The notes below the pieces were generated by a model, which saw only the letters and a list, made by a program, of their open reading frames with translations, was not told the DNA's origin and did no database searches. A stretch of DNA of 57,641 bases, the filler included, from Platydemus manokwari (taxonomy: Eukaryota): NCBI GenBank assembly GCA_037951405.1. It is 5 parts of 5 records of this genome, joined end to end, with 100 filler letters (N's around TTAATTAATTAA, not from the genome) between each part and the next. Parts side by side here need not be neighbours in the genome. Positions count along the whole stretch, not along the records: positions 1 to 13,435 come from JBBMOY011726953.1; 4 more parts are not named here. One strand, 5' to 3'. Positions within the stretch are counted from its first letter, which is position 1, and the number at the start of each line of letters is the position of its first letter. This document shows positions 1-10,400 of the stretch, piece after piece. The position numbers were made by a program, and so were the translations under genes.

Positions 1-67
1 TATCACATTAGTATAACTAATACAGGTATTATTCAACACATCCCCTCACTTCGTTACGCAATCTTAC

Positions 68-117
68 ATTATTATTTATTATATTATTATTATTTATTAT
101 ATTATTATTATTATTAA
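68..117. repeat. Imperfect (ATT)n microsatellite
   Basis: Direct reading: attattatttattatattattattatttattatattattatta... Confidence 0.8.
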
Positions 118-287
118 ACACATATTTTTAGTGAAATCATATTTAAATTATTATTTTTTAAAATGCATTTATTCATCTTATTCAAAACTATTTCAAAGAA
201 AAAAAACATCGAAAATTTCATCAAATGAAAATCACTAAAAAATCATTATTCAAATCATCGAGCGTTATAAAAAACAATTAAACATTA

Positions 288-3200
288 TCAATTCAACCAA
301 TTCAACAAATCAACGATCTGTCTTTCAACACTGGATAAGCTCGTTCCACCAATAACGGAATATTGTTCCACACTGTGTTCATAATTCCAAATATTTACGA
401 CATCATCCTCAAATAGCTCACTGAAATAAATATTTGTTAATATCGAATAGCATGGTTTTTAGATATGGGAAAGTTTTATTGAAAACAAAAACAGTCCATG
501 GACTGATAAGGTAAGAGGTGAAATTATTTTCAAATCCATTGACAAAAAAATAATGGAGTAAATGTGCTTTAAGCCATATCTGATCTTGATGAACAGAAAA
601 GAAGTTGAAATGTGTCAAAACATAACCTTAAAACCAAATGACATATATTATTATGTCTTCAACATTCATAATCGAAATAAATACTCTGATATACCTGACG
701 GACTTTAGTTTCTCTACTGTCAAATCAGATAATGAACATTGCAATTTCTCTGATAAAGCAACACATTTACCCGACAAGGAGTGAGCCTCTCTAAATGGAA
801 TCTGACAAACGAAATCTTTACAAAATTTTCAAAATCAATCCAACTTACTCCTTTTCGAACCAAATAGTACGCTATATCAGTTGATAACATGTCAGGACTA
901 AGAGCTTCCCGGCATTTAGTTTCGTTTATCTATAAATATGCATGATAAAGTATCACATAATGAGTATCTATTTCTGACATTTAGTGTTGCCAAAACACCT
1001 GTCATGATTTTCAAGACTCTCATAATTGTATCACAAACGTCAAATAGACTTTCTTTGTCCTCTTGGAAATCTTTATTATAAGTGCTTGGTACACCTTTCA
1101 AAGTTATTGCGAAACCAATCATCTGAGTTATGGTTGAAAGTAATTGTTTTAGCAGATTTATTATAATTATGAAACCTGTCCAGCGATTCGTCCACATTTT
1201 CCTCTAATCAATTCTAAGCTGTCCGGATTTTTCTTTTGCGGCATTAAGCTGCTCCCAGTACTGATAATAAAAGAATAAATCACGTTGAAAGTCTTAAAGA
1301 AATCATACCTATATTCATCAGATAGTTGTACGAAAGAAAATTCTTTACTACTGTAAATGATGAGATCCTCTGCTAGTCGACTGAAGTTGATAGAGCATAT
1401 TGTAGCACAGGACTGGAGCTCCACTGAAAACGAAAATTGTAATTATTTATAATAATAATAATTATTATTATGAGGAAATTATTATTAATATAAAATGACT
1501 ATTTGTCAGGGAAATCCTGCTTAAAAACTTATCCACTAATAGAGGAAATAAATTTCTTAAGAATATAGGACAAATTTAGAATAATTTCTACTATATGTTC
1601 GGTATTAAATGTTTTTCGGTTGATTTGTTTGTTTCAACAAGCTGCACACCATGTAAATAATGAATTATGATTATCATGAAGAGGGAATATCAGTTAAAAT
1701 CATAAAGAGGTTTACTGATAAAATTTCCAAAATGAAGATGTCATACGTAGCATTACATAAATTCATAAAATTCTTTTGATAATTATCGAAACAAGTCATC
1801 ATTTATCCAACAAGTGCACCGTATGACACAATAATAAATTTTTAAGTACGAAAAAATATTCCATTTGTGGGCACCATATAAAACTTTATCCAGTAATTCA
1901 TAAAAATCCATACCTATATAATCTCTGGAACCCACACCATCCATGCTATTTGTAGTTAAATCAGCAAAATTCAATTCTAGAATGTATGAACAGATAAACG
2001 ATTAATATGAATAACATATATGAACAGAACAAACGAACCTTGAGACAATGTTATTCTATCTATATTGAATGGATTGCCTGCCAATGCACCACTAAATTAG
2101 ACGAAACTAAACTATTGAGATTTTAATCAAATTCAACCAACCTTCCCAAAGGGCAAATATCGATTCTTTTTAAAAGATCTTGAAAACGAAGAAAATCCCT
2201 TTTCAAAGCAGAGGCAAAGCTATATATGTTGTGCTGAAACATTGATTGATTGTCAACAAGAAATTACCTCATCAACCAATGGCTCCAACGAATAGGCTGA
2301 GCTCGTTGTAAGTGAGTATAGCCGGGCATTATGATATGCTTTTCTCTATGAATAAATTGTTATCGATATTAAGGAGCGTATCTTTTAAATAGTACGGAAT
2401 AAATATTTATAAAATGTGATGACAAATACCAGGTTACTATGACTGACAGTATCACATACTTGTGTAAATAGTTTAGATAACGGATTTTTATATAAAAATT
2501 TTAATAAGAATTATCATTTTTATTTTGACTTTAATAATACTATTTTGTATAAATTTATAAAGCATGTAAGAATTTTATAATTAAAAATAATAGTTTAAAA
2601 TAAAATTTTTTAACTAAAATAATTTTATCCAATAACTAAACGTGGTGGGTGATAACAATATTATTATTAATAACCCAAAATTCTAAACAATGATTGAAAA
2701 TATTATATAAATAATTATCAATTATAATTATAAACAATTACAAGATAGTTAGAGATGATAATTCTGAGTCAAATGGATCCAACTAATGTGTCAGTTTCAA
2801 ATTCATGACACAATACAACAAATTATAAAATTTGTTTGATATAGACTTTTTCTGTTTCATTTTAAGGATAATTTCTTAACTGATTATTTGAAAATAATAA
2901 AAATTTAAATAAATTTAATCAATAAATTACTTTAAAATTATATTACAATACGATAACCTATTCAAAGTTTATCAAAATCAAATTTAGATTAGTATAAAAA
3001 TAAAAAATGATGTATTGTTATGTTGAGTACAAATGATTATTGATGTTTAAAATTTCGCCGAACAAGTTCTCCAACATTTCTAAAAATTAATGAAGAAAAT
3101 GGAAACATAATAATGACCATATTAATTATACGACCGAAAGATTTTCACAAAATTTCAAAGTCATTTTAATTTTTTTAGCAAAAACTAATAAATTCTTGTA

Positions 3201-6200
3201 AATTATGATAATAAGTAATTCTGTTCAGATCTCACTCAAAATAAAAGTTTAAAAATACAGTAAGATAATAATGATAGTTCGTGTAGAGGTATCTAATATT
3301 ATAATGCGAATTATTTGGTTGGACAACCTAAACGAAAATGAAAAACTAAAAAGAACAACTGTGGCATAATTTTGTATTATTCAAGAAAAATATAATTAAT
3401 TACTTATCCGAAGCTTAATTCAAACAAACCAAGTCATTATATTTATTGTTTATATTCTCATTTCATTAACCAACATTTGGCTGCCACGAAGATATTTGCG
3501 TTGTAATACGGATGACACCTACATAATGTTGACGTCTGTCAGCATAAATCGGTCACATAAATCGGTCACGTAAATCTGTCAACATAGAAATAAGATATAA
3601 TCATTTCAACTCACATTTCTGCCCTTTTGGCAATGACCCTTAAGCATAATTTCATATGACCCAAGAACTCATGTACCCATTGTCGACACCAGAGTCTAGT
3701 ATCGGTAGCTACTTGATCATTTCGACTGCGTCCAGTATGAAGTTTGCCACCCAATGAACCGATGAGCTCCTAAATATTTACATCAAATAATATGTGAAAA
3801 TAGATGGAGCCATGTGTATTAGATATGGGTAAATAAATATCAGTTTAAAAGTGCGAACTGCGCCGCCATATTTTCGTTGTTGTTGATTTTAATCAAATTT
3901 AATCAAATTGTGAAATCAGTTAAATAGTAATGCCGATAGTAATAATAATAATGATAATGAAAATAATGCTGATAATAATAATCTTAATTTTAATAATAAT
4001 ATAAGTTTTAATAATGATACTAATACTGGCAATAATAATAAAATTAATAATGATAATGATAATTAGAAATCATGACAGCCGAGATATAAAAAATAAAATG
4101 ATTTAAAATAAAAAAAGATTCGATAATGAAGTTATAAAATTACAAATCACTATTATTCTAATTGATCACGTAAATTGGGACAGTATCAAAAAATAAGCGG
4201 GCAGGAAATGTAATCTAAATAATATCGATTCAGTATCATAATGAATGATAAATATTTATACATTATATTTATATATTTATATATAAATGAAACGGGTAAC
4301 TGAAATTATAACTAAATATCGCACATAAACATACATGACAGTGATGGAATGAATGTTAAAAGTAAATCATAAGCAATAAATATTATATACCGTGAGATTC
4401 ATAAGTCCCTGCCTCTAAAATTGAATAAAACAATGCTTGATTAAAAGAATATTTGAAAGGTTTTATTTTATCTTCCTTGAACCATCTGTGAACAGAAGTT
4501 TGTGAGGTCACACACACTCGTACAGTTTCTCGTTGATTTGTGCCATCATTCTCTTTTACAAAATTTACCACCTTTTCCTTTATTATTTCATCAGACGGTC
4601 TTCCTGAGCTCAACCTAGCGAATAAGTTTCCAGTTCCTTTAACTTCTGTTTCCAGTATTGCACTGTTGTCCTAGCTGTTGATGCACGATTGAAATGTTGT
4701 TGAAATTCTTGGCAAGCTTTGACACTACTCTGGTATCTATTGCATGCCTAACTATCCGCAAGCGAAAATTTAACATCGCCAGCTGCTTCCGCCATATTGT
4801 AATAATGCAACTGATTAATAAGAAATAAGAAATAAAATACATTAATCAATAAATAATAATTAATATCAATGAGTATAAATATGAGTATAAATGATATTGT
4901 GTTTTGTTGTTTTATTTTAGTTTTAGAGACTGAGACTTATGAATTGCACGGTATATATATCGATTTACCTATAAAGTCCACAAATTATAAATAATGAAAA
5001 TAAAGTTGGATAAATATTATTGAAAACGTAAATATAAATATTGTACTATAAACGTCGATATTCAATGCCCGGGTAACCATAGCAACCCACCAGTTAGTAT
5101 GATAAGAAATGGAAATCAAATTTGTAAATAAAACATAAATGAACAACGATTTGACAAGTAATAATCAATCAGTAAAATCTATATAAGTCCTAAGGTAAGG
5201 ACAGGTAACACACAAAAAGTAAACTCGAAACAGAAACTATTCTGCATAAATGCGAATACTCGGTATAAGCAATTCCAGAACTTTCTTAGATAAAAAATTC
5301 AATTTACGAACTCGCCAATTCTATAACCACTTACACCACATCAATCTAAGCGAGTAGGCTTTGTTCAGAGAATAGTGCCCACAAAGGAACAATTAAAATT
5401 AACCATCATAGTTCGCATCGAACATTTTATAACGTTTATAAAATCGACTCTCCACTGATAATATTTTTCCTCCACAGTTTGATGACTTTAATTCCCAACA
5501 CTGGTTGTTCAATATCTTCAGGTCACAACAGCTTGACACGTTTGTTATTTTCATTTACTATTGGATTGTTGTGATCAATAGATATTATTCGATTTCAATT
5601 ACTTTATTTACAGTATCTTTACGTATATCAGTAGCCTGAAAAATACAATTAATCCTATGCAACCCATCAGATATTGATGGAATAACTTCATCCATATCTG
5701 AGATTCTAGCAGCTACAAAAATTAAGTATTCGAATTATCGGCAAAATATTGAAGTCAATTTTAATTTTATATAATCAACAAACTCACAAATTCCAATTAT
5801 ATCAATAATAATTTTAAAAATTCGATAAAATAATGTGTACATGTCGATAATAATATTAATAAAAGTTAATTATGGTAGTCGCAAAATATATGACTTTGAT
5901 CATTGAACTCTTAAAAATTTCAATGAGTAGTCAATCGATAGGTGTGTCATTCCTACTCATCAGTTTTGAATCATAAAAAACAATCAAAATAATTCGTTCA
6001 TTTGTGAATTAGAGCCCAGAACCATTTCATTGAAATCCACAATTACTTAAATACTGGCCGTATGGACTTCATGATATTGTATTTGGTTTCCATAGCAAGT
6101 ATTACAGAAAAATCAATAACAATGAAAATGTAATAAATGATAATAGTTAGTTAATATTTTTAGGAATAATATTAAAAATAACTAATAAAGAAGGGAAATC

Positions 6201-6755
6201 AACTTGGATTATCAATAGTGATTATTATTAATATTGAATGTTTAGAGAATTATTATGTATGAGACTCTACTTATAAATAGTGAGCAACGAAAAATGTCTT
6301 AGTAAATATTTTCTACGAATTACCTTTAGTCGTCTCTCATTAGCCGTATGAATATCTTCGTCTTCTTGATGAAGATTAAACTTACCTGACTCCCATTCTT
6401 CTTGAATCTAAAATAAAAAATATTAAAAAAACAAAAAATTTCATTTAACTAATACCTTTGACAATCCTTCAATTATTTTATCTTTTTCCTCGACTGTCAG
6501 TAAATTTACTTTATGTAAAGCGTTTGTATATGCTTTGCTTCCCTGTTAAGTCAAAATTATTTTCCAATTGATTATATTATTAAATCTACTTCAATGTCTT
6601 CTTTCCATAATCGCAAGTCATATTTAATTGATGCATTAAATTCTTTCATATTCTGATCGATTTTACCAGAAAATCTACCACCCCACAAAGAATGCTGAAA
6701 ATAATTTAAAATGTTATTTTTATTTATGAAATTTAAAAATAATAACTTCATTCAT
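288..6755 (-). CDS. ASL: Argininosuccinate lyase, 15 exons, ~458 aa
   Basis: Manually spliced exons (minus): 6747-6755, 6590-6694, 6456-6542, 6324-6407, 3615-3769, 2268-2345, 2142-2219, 2039-2091, 1914-1976, 1309-1423, 1176-1260, 979-1122, 849-929, 695-801, 288-420. All introns are GT-AG and the frame is continuous. Motifs: [49 protein letters not shown], fumarate-lyase signature [36 protein letters not shown]. Confidence 0.96.
3526..3585. repeat. Three tandem 13-bp units (CATAAATCGGTCA) bracketed by an 8-bp inverted repeat
   Basis: Units at 3543-3555, 3556-3568 and 3569-3581 (2 mismatches). ATGTTGAC at 3526-3533 pairs with GTCAACAT at 3578-3585. Lies in an ASL intron. Confidence 0.8.
4383..5720 (-). 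pseudogene. Degenerate Tc1/mariner-type transposase relic(s) in ASL intron 4
   Basis: ORF 4383-4613 (SGRP...VVNFV...TNQRETVR...[18 protein letters not shown]) resembles the GRP(R)/HTH region of Tc1/mariner transposases. A second frameshifted HTH-to-first-D-like stretch lies at ~5300-5700. No TIRs were found. Confidence 0.55.
5073..5086. promoter_or_regulatory. RFX X-box (GTAACCATAGCAAC = GTTGCTATGGTTAC on minus)
   Basis: 14-bp match to the RFX palindromic consensus, 2.4 kb upstream of the dynein ATG. It may be part of a Helitron-like 3' end. Confidence 0.5.
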
Positions 6756-7190
6756 TTTAATTGGAAAAGTATCAAATAAATAAAATGTTGAATTCTTGGA
6801 CGAGTATTGAATTAATCTTTAAACAGTGAGATTAAAATTTATCATTTCAAACAGAAACTAAAATTTCAAGGTCAAGTATAATTAATTTCCTTTGAAAATC
6901 TTTATAATAATTATTAAACATATTTTCAAATTATTAGTAAGCAAAATTGTTTATTTATTAATTTTCAAAAACATTTGTCAGATAAACAATATCTCGTGGA
7001 TTAAGAAGCTTATTAATGTAAATGATTTCAAAAATGAATATTCATTAAGAATTTGTCATTAAGCTTGATAGGTGCTTGTTGTTAATAGCGTTTACAAGAG
7101 TATAGTGATGAACAGATTAATTTATCAACGAATAAGAGCATATTTCACAAATAAATTACCTTGTAAATCAACTCCAATGGCATACTGACA

Positions 7191-7203
7191 GTTGCTATGT
7201 TAC
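7191..7203. promoter_or_regulatory. X-box-like motif GTTGCTATGTTAC in the ASL/dynein divergent promoter
   Basis: Strong GTTGCTATG half-site ~250 bp upstream of the dynein ATG. Axonemal dynein genes are established RFX targets. Confidence 0.5.
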
Positions 7204-7454
7204 ATTAATTGTTGAATTACTTAATAAATTTGAATTTAAAAATTTATTCCACAATTAAAATTTTCAATTTTCATTTTTAACACTAGTTCAATAAATCCGG
7301 TACGTTGTTATATTGTTTTCTTTTGGTTTAAAATATTTTTTACAATGAACAACTGAAATCCAGTAGGTAAATATTTGTCGATTAAATATTTGCCAGCTTC
7401 AATGGAATTTGGTTTATAAATGATCGCTGTTTTTAATTTTCGGTTTAATTTAGA

Positions 7455-10400
7455 ATGGAAGACAATTCCCCGGATTTATCAGAAGTTGCACCGCCGCTGG
7501 TTTCTAAAGGTTAGCATTGTATATTGTTTTCAATGTATTGTCGATGATAAATTCTCAGCTTAGAATAGTTGTACTGTCAGATATGTTAGGAATTAAATAT
7601 GATAAATTATCGGACTGAGTGTTTCTTAAGAATTTTTTAACTAGAGCAACAATGAGTTTTTGATAAATATATTGTGTCGGAGGATAAATTATTAATTTTA
7701 AATTCAGGATGAAGGACTGATCGATAATGAAGATAAGAGTAATATATTTAAGTTTTCACATTTCCTTTTCAATAAGAATTACCTAACCGTATTTATAATA
7801 AGATTTATCTACTCCAATATTTTGAATCTAACGGTTTCTTTTCAATTGACTAAGATATTTAAAATTTTTTCAAAACCTGACTATCATAATAATTACAGAT
7901 CTACTGCTTTAATTATCGAACCACTGAACCGTGAAATCCTTACCAATAAATTCATATCAGCGTGTTTTATGAAAAATAATCTGCAGTCGAAATTGTCTCA
8001 TTATTGAATATGCAAGCGTATTATGCACCACTTATGTTAACGGGTAGAAGATTTTCAATTCTAAATCTCATCGCTGAAATATTATTTTAGTAAGCCGATA
8101 AATTTGAGACGGTATTAATTGTAATTATCATGGAAACAATTGGTGATCAAGTATAAATAAAAAAATCAGTGATCCATTAACTGAATAGTTTGACAATCAA
8201 TTAAAGCTTATAGAGAGTCTATAAGCGTATCTATTTTATAATATCTAAACGCAATTATCTACATAAAATTAATTTTATTTAAGTGATGCTTTAAGCTTGA
8301 AAATACCGTTTAGATATTTTATAAAATAAAATATATTATTAATTAAAATTTTTATAAAATAATAAATATAATGATAGCAACAATTTCATTAAATATAATT
8401 TAAAAGACTACAATAAAGAATTATTTCGAGTTCAAATTTAATTTATTAAAAATTACCATAAATTTATTTATAAGTAGTGTGGAAAAAAGAAGGAAATTAT
8501 AATCCTAATGACCTAATAAAAGTCTTCCATTACACAAGTATTCTTGTAAAGCATAAATAACATTACTGTCAACAAGCCATGGAATCAGAATACGTACTTG
8601 AAAAAATTGATAATGAAAAATTGTCTGTCACACGTTACCAGGTTACAAATATCGTTTCCGTTTTTTTGTCTATAAATCTGATGGGGAATAATAGAATTTT
8701 CATAGACTGAGAACTATCATTTACTTATTTCGTTATTTTATAGAACCGGCCAATAACAACATGTCACAGCCTGATGGAAAAGCAAAACCGCAACCATCTA
8801 GTATTCGGGCTCCAACAACTACAAAAGTGAGGAATAATTTTAGATTTGTTTGAATTGGAAATTGAAAATGTTTTTACTTCTTTGATTTATGTCAATAATT
8901 ACTACATCAATAATTTTTTTCCATTACTACTTGATCCAAATTTACTCGTTAACTTAGTGGTTCTCTTATTATATATTAATGCATAGAAATACCATGATAT
9001 GATCAATTTCTTAATATAATTTTGGTGACTTACTGATTTTAAAGGCATCTACATTTTTCAAATGCAATTTATCGTATTTTAAATCTTTAACAGCAAGCAC
9101 CGAAAAAAGTGGTAACAATAGAAAGTAGAAAGGAACAACAGAAACTACTAAAACAGAGGAAAGATGAACGCAGACTAACGGTTATCAACATTACAATTTT
9201 TTATAAAAAAAAATTTAAAGCTTTGTATAGATTGATCCCAGACATACGTTTCTGTTTCAAACGGTGAGCAGTCTTGAAAAATTTAGCTTTTACTAATATA
9301 TTAATAATAGATAGCTGACGCTTCTGATATGGATATTGCTCAAGTAGAAGACGCCATTTTGGGAGATGAGAGAGTAATAATTTGATTATATATTGATTTT
9401 AATAGAATTTTCCAAGCTATTTTGTTTGAAATTAAAGTAAATTTCTTAGTGGGGTGCATTTGAAGATTTTTTTGCTCCAAATCAATCAAGAAAAATTATG
9501 TTCTACTATCAAGAAGTGACAGTAATAATTTCCATTTTATAATGATAAAAAAATGATGAAATGATTGATAAAGGTCGAAGACTATTCCAGAATGGATTCC
9601 ATGAGTATCGGACCTTTAAATCCACAAAAGAAATTATTCATAGCCACAGGTTCTTCGGAGGTATAAAAGTCGATATATACTTATTCATTTAATATCAATT
9701 ATTACAGCCATTGAAAGGATTGTGTTTCTTATTCATACGATCGACCGATAAAGCAATCACACCAAACAATATAGCTGCTGACGTAACATTTCAAATGTTG
9801 GATGCTAGTGGAGGGCGTCTATTGGATGCTCTCGAAAGACACATTTCGAAAATAATGATTCCAATTCTAAAGAATTTAGAGGTACTCTTTGTTAACTTTG
9901 TTAGATTGAATTAATGAATACCATTGATGATCAAATGTGTATTTCAAAAACTGAATTATAAATTTATATATTGGTTCATACAGGAATGGGGTACAATGTC
10001 CACAAAAGACGGGCATAATTCGAAAATTGCAGAGTTTTTCGAAATTTTAGACCGATTCTTAAATGCTCTGATTACTGCACAGAAAAATATGGATTCGCAA
10101 ATGCAATTGGACAATGATGAAGATGAAGATCTTATGGCGAAAATTGAAGCTCCAAGCTATCGTCATATAGCTGGTATATTTTGTGCTTTTGTTTCAATTT
10201 AATATTAATAATGAAAACAATATTATTTATAATAATAATAATAAAATTACAATTTGGTATCAACCACGATAATACTGCTAATTATTACGATGATTATATT
10301 TATGATTTGTGAAATTAGATTTCGCTTATATTTAAATTAAAAGAATGATTTTTAATACTATTGTATAAGTAGATAAGTTAAATGAAAATCTTAATCTAAA

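Noticed and set aside
916-1974. Stops and frame changes between ASL ORF-track pieces suggesting a pseudogene or altered genetic code
   Set aside because: All are resolved by canonical GT-AG introns under the standard code. The same holds for the other genes.
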